Positions 10,328-19,298 of a stretch of 64,000 nt of DNA are shown here, piece after piece. Position 1 is the stretch's first letter. Each line of letters starts with the position of its first letter. The DNA comes from Anaerolineae bacterium. GTDB taxonomy: Bacteria > Chloroflexota > Anaerolineae > S140-20. The stretch spans positions 19,310-83,309 of the forward strand of contig JALUTT010000164.1 of NCBI GenBank assembly GCA_027021705.1, given 5' to 3'. A program made the position numbers and the translations under genes. The notes beneath the pieces are model-generated. The model did no database searches, was not told the origin of the DNA, and was given only the letters and a program-made list of their open reading frames with translations.

Positions 10328-11611
10328 ATGCGACGTGCCATCCGCTTCTGGGGGGAACTGAAGCCCATCGGCCGGCTGCTCCTCGGGTGCAGCGGGCTGA
10401 TCGCGCTGCTCTCCTGGGCCACAGCCGGCCTTATGCTCCTCGCCTTGCACCGCTGCCTCCGCTCCGAGGTGATCCCGGAAGCAACGGCCATCATCGCTCA
10501 GTTCGTCGCCTCTCCCACGCCATCCCCCTCGCCATCCGCTACCCCCACGCCGTCGCCCACCGCCACCGCGACCCCTACCTTCACCCCCACGCCATCGCCT
10601 ACCGCCACCGCAACGCCTACACCCACTCCCAGCCCCTCCCCCACACCAACATTCACCCTGACCCCGACTCCGCTGACCTCTGTCACCGGTGTGGAACCCG
10701 TGGGGCAGGTCGAGGGCAACGTCCAAGCGGTGGCTGCACGAGGTGACTACCTCTACCTGGGCGTTGGACCCTCGCTGGTCGTGGTGGACATCTCCGATCC
10801 GGCCACCCCCCAAACGATCGGGCAGGTTGACCTCCCCAGCCTGGGAGAAGGCCCCCTCACGCCCGACGTGCAAGAGATCATCCTTTCCGATGGGTACGCC
10901 TACGTCGGTGCCTGGGGGCTGGGCCTCTGCGTGGTGGAGGTCTCCGAACCCTCGGCACCGCGCGTGGCCGGATGCACCGATTTCGGAGGTATCCAAAACG
11001 AACTGGCCCTCTCCGATTCCTACGCCTATGTGACGGGCAAGCCCCTGCGAGTGGTAGATGTAGCGGACCCGACCACCCCCTACGAAGCGGCTCAGTTCAG
11101 GCTCGAGGGAGAGATCACCGACATCGCCATCGCCGACTCCTACGCCTATGTGGCCGCCGGGGGCGGAGGGATGTGGGTCGTGGACCTCTCCAACCCCACG
11201 GCCCCTCGTGAAGTGGGACATCTCAACCTCTACGCTGCCGGCCTCTTCATTGCCGCCCCCTACGCCTATGTCGTGGAGCGAGACCTGCCAACGGTCATAG
11301 CGAACCGCTACTACCTCTACAGCTTGGCCGTGGTGGACATCACCGACCCAACCCGCCCCCGCAAGGTGGGATACCTCAAGATGGGGTATCAGGCCCCTGC
11401 CGGCTGGACGCAACGCCTCTTCGTGGCCGGCCCCCTGGCCTACCTGGCTGCCTGGGAGGAGGGGCTGCGGATCGTGGACGTTTCCAACCCAAGCCGTCCC
11501 AGGGAGGTGGCCCACCATCCGGCCCGCGCTGTGGACATCTGGGTCTCCGGGGCCTACGCCTATGTAGCCACCGGAGAAGCGTTGCTCATCCTACGCCTCC
11601 AGGCCGACTGA
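10328..11611 (+). CDS. Membrane-anchored LVIVD-repeat beta-propeller protein with a Pro/Thr stalk
   Basis: N-terminal hydrophobic segment, (PT/PS)n linker, and about 7 repeats of YAYV...LxVVDVSxPxxP. Confidence 0.8.
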   Translation: MRRAIRFWGELKPIGRLLLGCSGLIALLSWATAGLMLLALHRCLRSEVIPEATAIIAQFVASPTPSPSPSATPTPSPTATATPTFTPTPSPTATATPTPTPSPSPTPTFTLTPTPLTSVTGVEPVGQVEGNVQAVAARGDYLYLGVGPSLVVVDISDPATPQTIGQVDLPSLGEGPLTPDVQEIILSDGYAYVGAWGLGLCVVEVSEPSAPRVAGCTDFGGIQNELALSDSYAYVTGKPLRVVDVADPTTPYEAAQFRLEGEITDIAIADSYAYVAAGGGGMWVVDLSNPTAPREVGHLNLYAAGLFIAAPYAYVVERDLPTVIANRYYLYSLAVVDITDPTRPRKVGYLKMGYQAPAGWTQRLFVAGPLAYLAAWEEGLRIVDVSNPSRPREVAHHPARAVDIWVSGAYAYVATGEALLILRLQAD

Positions 11612-11635
11612 AGACCCAGGAGCTGGGTCAACGGT

Positions 11636-11664
11636 CGTAACGTTCTGCGGGTGAAAGGCTCTTT
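11636..11664 (+). promoter_or_regulatory. Predicted ECF sigma promoter CGTAAC-N17-CTCTTT
   Basis: Same hexamers and spacing as 46214-46242 (both read CGTAAC-N14-AGGCTCTTT) and same spacing as 45339-45367. Confidence 0.65.
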
Positions 11665-11682
11665 TCTAACGAAGTCTCTTTA

Positions 11683-11715
11683 CCCCGGCTCCGGCCGGAA
11701 ACGCCGGAGCCGGGG
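11683..11715. other. Perfect 13-bp GC hairpin in the leader of the TPR gene
   Basis: ccccggctccggc-cggaaac-gccggagccgggg. Confidence 0.8.
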
Positions 11716-11752
11716 GAGCACAAGACCTTCCTGATACCTTCACAGGCACACG

Positions 11753-12589
11753 ATGATCAACGAACTTCTGCATCCATCGAACGTCCTTGCACCGCGAGGG
11801 CCGGCGGGATGCCTGGACCGATCCCGGGTCCCGCTGGCCCACCTCTACTACTATCGCGGCTTTCTCTCCCTCAAAACCTGCCGCTACGAGACCGCCATTA
11901 GGGCCCTGCGCCGAGCCGTCGCCCTGGCCCCCCGCTGGCCGAGGCTTCGGCTGGCCTTGGGAGACGCGCTGGCTTCCCAAGGGCAGTGGCAAGCCGCCAT
12001 CGCCCAGTACGAATGGGCCGTCCTTCTGGCCCCCCATCGCCCCGACGCCTTGGCCGCCTTGGGGAGAGGGCTCCTAGTCACCGGCCGGACGGCCGAGGCC
12101 GTCCGGGTCTTCCGGCGGCTGCAAGCGATGGTGGACGAGGCGGTCCGGCACAGAGCAGGCAACCATATGGCCTCAGTGGCCTGCTGGGCACTCCAGGCCG
12201 GCGATGCCTGCCGAGAGGCGGGCCAATGGGATGCCGCCGCCGACCTCTATCGGCCCCTGACCCGCCTGCCCACCGAGACCCCTCTGCTGACAGCGATCGT
12301 GCGGGAGGCGGTGAACGAACTGAGTGATCTGTTGGCACGTCAAGGGCAATGGGAGGAACTGGCTGCGCTGGTGGAGCGGACGGCGGCGGACGATCCGCCG
12401 GCGCTGCGGGCGGTGAGGCGGGGGGACCTCTGGCGGGCCTTGGGGCAGCCTGGACGGGCTCGCGCCGAGTACACCCTGGCCATCGGCCTGGCGCAGACCG
12501 ATCCCCCGACGGGATGGGTGGCCGAGCTGGCCCGCCGGAGGCAGGAGGCCCTCACTCAACCGAAAGAAGGCGAAGGGAAAGTCCAATGA
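11753..12589 (+). CDS. Tetratricopeptide repeat protein with no signal peptide
   Basis: TPR patterns such as YETAIRALRRAVALAP, LGDALASQGQWQAAIAQYEWAVLLAP and GQPGRARAEYTLAI. Confidence 0.7.
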   Translation: MINELLHPSNVLAPRGPAGCLDRSRVPLAHLYYYRGFLSLKTCRYETAIRALRRAVALAPRWPRLRLALGDALASQGQWQAAIAQYEWAVLLAPHRPDALAALGRGLLVTGRTAEAVRVFRRLQAMVDEAVRHRAGNHMASVACWALQAGDACREAGQWDAAADLYRPLTRLPTETPLLTAIVREAVNELSDLLARQGQWEELAALVERTAADDPPALRAVRRGDLWRALGQPGRARAEYTLAIGLAQTDPPTGWVAELARRRQEALTQPKEGEGKVQ

Positions 12590-12595
12590 CAGGAT

Positions 12596-12874
12596 TTACG
12601 CGGTTAGCAACTGAGCGGTAGCTACTCTGCCCTGCACGGGAGCGGAGGCAGGCATTCCGCCGGTAATCGGTTCTCGCTGCAAGCGATCCTTGCCCTCACC
12701 GACCTTACCTAAGGTTTCTTTCGGGTGCCGGCGCAACCGCTGCAGTACGACGAAGGGGATCATTGCGAAGGCGCCGTGGGGGATCAAGGCTTGATCAACC
12801 CGACACCGGCACACCGCCAGGCCGCTGAACGGCTTGACATCGCGGAAGAGGATCTCGATGGACCAACGGCTTCG
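12596..12874 (-). mobile_element. Degenerate C-terminal fragment of an IS4-superfamily (IS701/ISH3-like) DDE transposase
   Basis: The minus strand reads RSRWSIEILFRDVKPFSGLAVCRCRVDQALIPHGAFAM, matching the RWxIExxFRxxK...GL...H motif; there is an in-frame stop just upstream. Confidence 0.75.
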
Positions 12875-12966
12875 TTTGCGCAGTCAAGTAGGGAGCGGCC
12901 ACTAGTGCCGCCCTCTACTTAGGCAGATAGGCCACAATGGGTGAAGGATGTGAATAGGAGGAACAA

Positions 12967-15588
12967 ATGCAAATCAGGAATACAGCTTACCGATGGTTGC
13001 TCATCGCGAGCAGTGTGCTCCTGTTGCTCCCGATGATGCCAAGTCGCCTAACGGTGGCTTCAACGGATCTCGCCTTCCAAACCCTCCGTTCCCTGGACAT
13101 TCTATCACCAACACAGAGTGATCCGGATTACGCCGGTCCCCATCACAGTCCCCAGAAGATCGTTATCCGTGTGACCAAGCCCGCTGACGGCTTGCAACGG
13201 AGTGATTTTACCGTCGAGGTCGGTGGAGAACCCGCCTATGTCGTCGTCGTCTGGGAGGGGAGTGATGAATACGCCCTTGAGGTCATTCCCCCCGATACAC
13301 TGGGCGCCAACGGGTTATATGACTTGATGGTCAGTGCTGCCGGTGAGAGTGACACAGAAGTCCAGGCGGTCAAATACGCCCCTGCCCAGAACGTGGATGT
13401 CGTCGTCGTCCTGGACCGGTCAGGAAGCATGTCCGGAAGCACAAACATCCCCGGCGTCAACAAACTGGAGGCTGCCAAGAAAGCAGCCATCCTCTTTGTG
13501 AACTTGATGGTGGATGGTGATAAGCTGGGGCTGGTCAGCTTCTCGACCATTGCTAAGCTGGAGTATGCCCTCACAACGGTCACAGCAGCCGTGCGCCAGG
13601 CCATTGTAGCGGCCATCACGCCCCTCTACCCCAGCGGCACGACAACCATTGGGGGCGGGCTTGAGGTCGCCCAAGACCAACTGGAGCAGTATGGCGCTGC
13701 CGACGAGCCTTGGGCTATCGTCCTGCTCTCCGACGGCCGGCACAATACGCCTCCCGATTGGTGGGATGTCCTGCCCCGTATTGAGCAGAGCAAGACCGCC
13801 GTACACACCATTGGATTGGGGACCGATGCGGATGAAGCAACAATGCTGGAGATCGCTTCACGGACCGGAGGAACCTATAGCTATGCCCCCGATGCCAGTC
13901 AACTCCAGCGCATCTACAACACCATTGCCGGGACCGTGCGCAATCAGCAGACACTGATCTCGCTGTCCGGCAACATCTCCCCCGGCGGAAACGTCACGAA
14001 AACCGTCATCGTGGATTCAACGGTGACCGAAGCGGTCTTCTCCGTGGGGTGGAACAAGGCGAGCACCCACATCCAGATGACCTTGATACGTCCCGATGGG
14101 AGCCTTCTGGACCCAACAGTAGCAGCCAGCGATCCCACCGTCCGATATGTCTCCGGTGCCACCTTTGCCTACTATCACGTGGAGCGTCCCCTGGTGGGAG
14201 AGTGGATCGTCCAGCTCAGCAGTAGCTCGACCACGCGGGCCGTTGGCGTGGCGGGGACAGACCAGGCCGATATAGATACTTACTCCCTGGTTGTGAGCGG
14301 CCAGACAAACCTGACGCTACGTCTCTACGCCGATGAGAGGACCTATCCCATCGCCGGGATCATTCGCCTCAGCGCCACGTTGGCCGATACGGAACCGATC
14401 ACCACGGCCCGCGTTGTGGGTGTTGGTACCGGACCGACGGGACACACTTACACTTTTAACCTCTATGACGATGGGGCGCACCAGGATGGGGCCGCAGCCG
14501 ATGGCGTCTATGCTGGTGCGTATCCCAAGACCTACGTCGAGGGCACCCACACCTTCGTAGTTCGGGCAGAGGGCAAGGCAACCAGCGGTGAAGCCTTCGT
14601 CCGTCAGGCCGAGATGGCTTTTAACGTCACAGGCACACCATCGTCCGACACCACGGTCAACGTCACGTTGCAGGAAGCGTGGAACTTGATTTCCTTCGAT
14701 GTAATGCCTCACGATACCGACGTAGCCACCGTGATGAACGCGATTGCCAACAATTACACGGCCGTGCTGGGCTTCGATGGCGAGGGATACAGTTACTACC
14801 CCCAACTTCCCGATACCATCAACACCCTTCAGGAGATGGATCCCTACCATGGCTACTGGATTCGGAGCACTGCCGTTGTGACGCTGCCTGTCGTTGGCCC
14901 TGAGGTGCCTGATAACACTCCCATCAGCCTACGCCCCGGATGGAACTTGGTGAGTTACCTACCCAATGCCTCAATGACCATCACCGATGCCCTCCGCTCG
15001 ATAGAGGGTCTGTACACAGCCGTTTTAGGCTATGATCAGGGTGCAATGTCCTCCTACCCGGATCTGCCCGGCTATATGAACACCCTCCACACGATGGAGC
15101 GCTTCCGGGGCTATTGGATTCATATGACTGCACCAGCTACCTTGATCTATCCCAGCGGTAACAACGCTGGGGTGATAGCTACTGCCTCCCTCCCCCCGAA
15201 CGCGCCTCAATCGGCGGCTGGTATCAATCCAACAAACCAGTGGGTCAACTTCTACGGCTTTGAGGTCCTAGTGGATGGAAAGCCGGCCCCAATCGGGACG
15301 ACGATCTCCGTCTATGATCCCGATGGTGTGAAGATCGGAGAGATGCAGATCCGCCGTGCAGGCACTTACGGCGTGCTCTCGGCCTACGCTGACGACCCGC
15401 TCACGCCGGAGGATGAGGGAGCTCTTCCGGGTGATCGGCTGACCTTCTATATCAACGGCCAGCCCGCCCTGGCGGTCGGTCCTGACCAGCCTATATGGAC
15501 AGCCCCTGGAGAACGTCATCAAGTCAACCTATGGATTGGGGCAGCGCCTTTCCGGGTCTACATCCCCCTGATCCTGCGAACTCCGTAA
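12967..15588 (+). CDS. Secreted vWA protein with a choice-of-anchor-X-like domain, two GWNL..GYWI repeats, a 'WVNFYG' domain and a VYIPLILR tail
   Basis: AGGAGG RBS; signal peptide; DRSGS MIDAS; LYDDGAHQDGAAADGVY; paralogous to the vWA part of 3..3248. Confidence 0.85.
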   Translation: MQIRNTAYRWLLIASSVLLLLPMMPSRLTVASTDLAFQTLRSLDILSPTQSDPDYAGPHHSPQKIVIRVTKPADGLQRSDFTVEVGGEPAYVVVVWEGSDEYALEVIPPDTLGANGLYDLMVSAAGESDTEVQAVKYAPAQNVDVVVVLDRSGSMSGSTNIPGVNKLEAAKKAAILFVNLMVDGDKLGLVSFSTIAKLEYALTTVTAAVRQAIVAAITPLYPSGTTTIGGGLEVAQDQLEQYGAADEPWAIVLLSDGRHNTPPDWWDVLPRIEQSKTAVHTIGLGTDADEATMLEIASRTGGTYSYAPDASQLQRIYNTIAGTVRNQQTLISLSGNISPGGNVTKTVIVDSTVTEAVFSVGWNKASTHIQMTLIRPDGSLLDPTVAASDPTVRYVSGATFAYYHVERPLVGEWIVQLSSSSTTRAVGVAGTDQADIDTYSLVVSGQTNLTLRLYADERTYPIAGIIRLSATLADTEPITTARVVGVGTGPTGHTYTFNLYDDGAHQDGAAADGVYAGAYPKTYVEGTHTFVVRAEGKATSGEAFVRQAEMAFNVTGTPSSDTTVNVTLQEAWNLISFDVMPHDTDVATVMNAIANNYTAVLGFDGEGYSYYPQLPDTINTLQEMDPYHGYWIRSTAVVTLPVVGPEVPDNTPISLRPGWNLVSYLPNASMTITDALRSIEGLYTAVLGYDQGAMSSYPDLPGYMNTLHTMERFRGYWIHMTAPATLIYPSGNNAGVIATASLPPNAPQSAAGINPTNQWVNFYGFEVLVDGKPAPIGTTISVYDPDGVKIGEMQIRRAGTYGVLSAYADDPLTPEDEGALPGDRLTFYINGQPALAVGPDQPIWTAPGERHQVNLWIGAAPFRVYIPLILRTP

Positions 15589-15631
15589 GGAGCTGGCTCG
15601 GAACGGGCAAAAGCGTGCTCTCAATCCTCAA

Positions 15632-15653
15632 GAAAGGGAGTCCGCTCTCTTTC
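15632..15653. terminator. Hairpin, probable intrinsic terminator
   Basis: gaaagggag-tccg-ctctctttc. Confidence 0.5.
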
Positions 15654-15721
15654 AAAAGCAATATCGTGTAATCACAAAGGTGCATCGAAGAATGGGAGAG
15701 AATCTACCGTAAGGAGGGAGT

Positions 15722-16606
15722 ATGACACACTGGAAGATAGGGAACGGGCTTATGCACACCGGCATCCGCATCATCACGGTGCTGGTCGTGCTCGCTGTTG
15801 GTAGCCTGTCTCCTGCCTGGGCCCGATCTGGAGCCCAGGTCAGTCCCACTACAGAGTGGGTCAACTTCTACGGAGTGAACACCACCTGGAACGGGGAGCT
15901 TGTTCCGGCAGGAACAGTAATTGCCGCCTACGATCCTCAAGGGACGTTGTGTGGTCAGTTTGTCGTCCACACGCCGGGCCGCTACGGCTTGTTGGCCTGC
16001 TACCGGGATGATCCCAATACACCCGAAGACGAAGGCGCCGAACCTGGCGATAGCATCACGTTCACGATGAATGGTCAGGCTGCGGTCCAGCTTGGTCCGG
16101 ACAGCGCTCGCTGGACCAGCAATGGCGACCTGATGCAGGTGGAGTTGAGCGCTGGAGGAGCGGCCAGTGCTCCGTCGGGTACAATCCGAGGCACGGTCTT
16201 TCTCGACGCCGATGGGGATGGCATTTATGACGCCGGAGAGGCACCCATTGCTGGCGTTACAGTCACCGCGATCTCTAATGGCGGCTTTGAAATCCCCCTG
16301 AGATCTGGAGAAGATGGTACTTTCGGTTTTGTCGGAATACACTCGGCCCACTGGACACTGCGGGTAACCGTGCCCGAGGGCTATGCTGCCAGCGGCCCAA
16401 CCCTCTACACAGACATCTGGCTCGGTGCAGGGAACTGGCAGGTCCTGGACAAGAACTTCGGTCTGGTCAGCACAGCCCCCCTCCTGCTCCCCGTCGCCGG
16501 CAGTGAATCGCAGGGGCTCACCATCGCTCTGGGGCTCCTCATCGGCGGCGGTCTGCTGGTCGGAGGGAACCTGTCCCTGAGGCGAAGGAGGCAACGGCAG
16601 GGATAG
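15722..16606 (+). CDS. Secreted 'WVNFYG' domain + SdrD-B-like domain protein with an LPVAG sortase-like anchor
   Basis: Signal peptide; GTIRGTVFLDADGDGIYDAGEAPIAGVTVT; LPVAG + hydrophobic helix + RRRRQR. Confidence 0.8.
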   Translation: MTHWKIGNGLMHTGIRIITVLVVLAVGSLSPAWARSGAQVSPTTEWVNFYGVNTTWNGELVPAGTVIAAYDPQGTLCGQFVVHTPGRYGLLACYRDDPNTPEDEGAEPGDSITFTMNGQAAVQLGPDSARWTSNGDLMQVELSAGGAASAPSGTIRGTVFLDADGDGIYDAGEAPIAGVTVTAISNGGFEIPLRSGEDGTFGFVGIHSAHWTLRVTVPEGYAASGPTLYTDIWLGAGNWQVLDKNFGLVSTAPLLLPVAGSESQGLTIALGLLIGGGLLVGGNLSLRRRRQRQG

Positions 16607-16761
16607 ACCTCAGCACAACCGACAGCGCACCTGAATGGCTGGACCTGGCAGGTCTGGACGGGGCTGCGCCTCTTGCCCAAGGCAACCAGATCACCTATGT
16701 CAGAGAAGCAGCCGCCGCAAAGACCTACCAGGTCCTTATTCGTTTACAAACGGGGGGAAGG

Positions 16762-19143
16762 ATGTTAACTCGCGTAAGAATGATTCTTCTAACGGTGGCC
16801 GTACCGTTGGTACTAGCACTGTTGCCAGGCGTGCTCACCGCCGGACATGCCGGTCGTATAGCAGGCAATAAGGGTATGTTTGTTACAGCTCGTTCCTCTT
16901 CTTCTGATGCTTGGAATGTGGAGCTCGTAAGCCAGATTGGCGGTTCTACCCTCGCTGCAGTCGTGAGAGGAGACTACGTCTATATCGGTGAGGGGCCACG
17001 GTTAACGATTCTGGAAGTTTCCACCCCAACCGCTCCGATCGTTCTCGGACGGACTGAGGTATTACCCGGCATAGTCCAAGATATAGCGATAGCAGGCAAC
17101 TATGCTTACATTGCCGACGCCCAGGGAGGCTTACGCATCGTAGATGTCTCTAATCCAGCTGCCCCTAGTGAGTTGGGAATCTTTGACACAACAGGGATAG
17201 TTCAAGGAGTGGCCGTAGCTGGAAGCTACGCCTATATCGTGGACTATAAGGATGGCCTGTACATCATTGACATCTCTAATCCAGCCACTCCTAAAGAAGC
17301 CGGATTCTACGCAACACCAAGCACTGCTCTGGGCGTGGCCGTAGCAGGAAGGTATGCTTACATCGCGGACTACGACAGCGGCTTGCATATCATTGATGTC
17401 TCTAATCCGGCCACCCCCAGGAGGATAGGATCTTATGATACGCCCGGTCACGCCCAAAATGTGACAGTGGTCGGCAGATATGCTTATGTTGCAGATTACT
17501 GGGGTGGGGTGCGCATTATTGACGTCTCCGACCCATCAACTCCCATTGAGGTGAGCAACTTCCAAACAACATCAGGACCAGGAGGCCCGGTAGATGTGGC
17601 AGTGGCCGGAAACTACGCCTACATCGCTGATTATGGAGGCGGCCTCCATATCCTAAACGTCTCCAACCCTGCTCTTCCCACCGAAGTGGGTGCTTACGAT
17701 ACCACGAGCCTACTCGCAGGCATCGCGGTGACCGGCACCTATGCTTACGCTGCTGCTTGGAGTGGTGGTCTACACATTGTTGACATCTCCAACCCTGCTT
17801 TACCCTCAGAAGTAGGAGCCTATGATCCACCGGGATACACCGAGGGCTTAACCGTGTCCAAGGGCTATGCCTACATAGCTGATTATAGCGCCGGGTTGCG
17901 CATCATTGATGTCTCTCAACCTACCACTCCCATCCAAGTAGGTACCTACACGACACCGGGACTCGGCCGAAACGTGACTGTGGTCGGCGACTACGCCTAT
18001 GTGGCCGATGGCGATCTACATATCATCGAGGTCTCCAATCCCGCCGCTCCCGTCGGGGTAAGCACTCATACCACACCAGGGGCAGCGTGGAACACAGCCC
18101 TCGACGGAGACTACCTCTATGTTGCCAACTACGGCACCGGTCTGAGCATCATCAATGTCTCCAACCCTTCAGCTCCCACCGATGTCAGCTTCCTCGCTAT
18201 GCCGGGAGGAGCTTTCGACGTGGCAGTAGTGGGAAACTATGCCTATGTCGCCAATGCTCCTACGTGGAGTGGGGATCACTGGATAGGCGCCGGCCTGCGC
18301 ATCCTCGATGTCTCCAATCCAGCAGATCCCAGTGAGGTCAGCTTCTATGCTACACCAGGGCTTGCCCGCGAGGTCACTGTGGCCAAGGGATATGCTTACA
18401 TCGCCGATGGGGGCCCCGGCCTTCGTATCCTTGATGTCTCCAACCCGACTGCTCCCAGCGAGATAGGATCTTTTACATCTGGACTTGCTATGGGAGTGTC
18501 TATAGCTTGGAATTATGCTTTCATCACTGGGAGTAAATTATACGTCATTGACATCTCCGACCCTGCATCCCCCCGGGAAGTAGGCTCTTACACCACATCA
18601 GGAGGCGGAGGTGTGGAGATAGCCGGACACTACGCCTACGTTGCTGACGGGAGCGGAGGACTGCTCATTCTGAAGCCTCCACTGCCTATCTCAGCCACCA
18701 TCTCCAGCGACAATGGCGTTCTCTCCTCTACAGTAGATAACACTGCTTACTTCTTTCCAACGGGGACCTTCACTGCCCCCGTACTTATCACCCATACCAT
18801 CCGATTCCCCAAAGATGCTCCCCTGCCAAGAGATTTGGTGGGTATCGGCCACTACTTTAGGACCACAGCGACATACAGTGGGACCGGTCGGCCAGCTCAG
18901 ATTGCGCAGCCCTACACCATCACTGTGAGATACACTGAAGCAGCAAGAGGAACGGCTATGGAGAGCACGTTGGCCCTCTACTGGTGGAATGAGGAAGCAA
19001 AACAGTGGTCTCGGCAGGGTATTACCAGCACGGTGAACACGGCTACTAACCAAATCACCACCCAAGTGGACCGTCTCGCCTTTTTCGCCGTGCTGGGAGA
19101 GACCCAACGAGTCTACCTGCCGTTGACATCGAAAGGGCCATAA
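16762..19143 (+). CDS. Secreted LVIVD-repeat protein (about two propellers) with a GAIN/ZU5-like domain and a VYLPLTSK tail
   Basis: About 14 YAYIAD..GLxIIDVSNP repeats; signal peptide. Confidence 0.85.
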   Translation: MLTRVRMILLTVAVPLVLALLPGVLTAGHAGRIAGNKGMFVTARSSSSDAWNVELVSQIGGSTLAAVVRGDYVYIGEGPRLTILEVSTPTAPIVLGRTEVLPGIVQDIAIAGNYAYIADAQGGLRIVDVSNPAAPSELGIFDTTGIVQGVAVAGSYAYIVDYKDGLYIIDISNPATPKEAGFYATPSTALGVAVAGRYAYIADYDSGLHIIDVSNPATPRRIGSYDTPGHAQNVTVVGRYAYVADYWGGVRIIDVSDPSTPIEVSNFQTTSGPGGPVDVAVAGNYAYIADYGGGLHILNVSNPALPTEVGAYDTTSLLAGIAVTGTYAYAAAWSGGLHIVDISNPALPSEVGAYDPPGYTEGLTVSKGYAYIADYSAGLRIIDVSQPTTPIQVGTYTTPGLGRNVTVVGDYAYVADGDLHIIEVSNPAAPVGVSTHTTPGAAWNTALDGDYLYVANYGTGLSIINVSNPSAPTDVSFLAMPGGAFDVAVVGNYAYVANAPTWSGDHWIGAGLRILDVSNPADPSEVSFYATPGLAREVTVAKGYAYIADGGPGLRILDVSNPTAPSEIGSFTSGLAMGVSIAWNYAFITGSKLYVIDISDPASPREVGSYTTSGGGGVEIAGHYAYVADGSGGLLILKPPLPISATISSDNGVLSSTVDNTAYFFPTGTFTAPVLITHTIRFPKDAPLPRDLVGIGHYFRTTATYSGTGRPAQIAQPYTITVRYTEAARGTAMESTLALYWWNEEAKQWSRQGITSTVNTATNQITTQVDRLAFFAVLGETQRVYLPLTSKGP

Positions 19144-19298
19144 CCTGGATTCCCCCCCCGTCCTGGAGGCCCAACATCGAGACTGCGACCTTACCTGAAA
19201 TCTAACAATCTAACAACGGGTTGGGTGTGATCCCCCCTTAGCCACGCTCAAGACGTTAAGGTGACCAAATCGCGATAGATCCGAAGGAGGGCTCGAAA

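Noticed and set aside
19201..19216. tctaacaa x2, resembling the hsp20 TCTAAY array
   Set aside because: Only two units with an 8-bp period; this does not match the 11-bp phasing.
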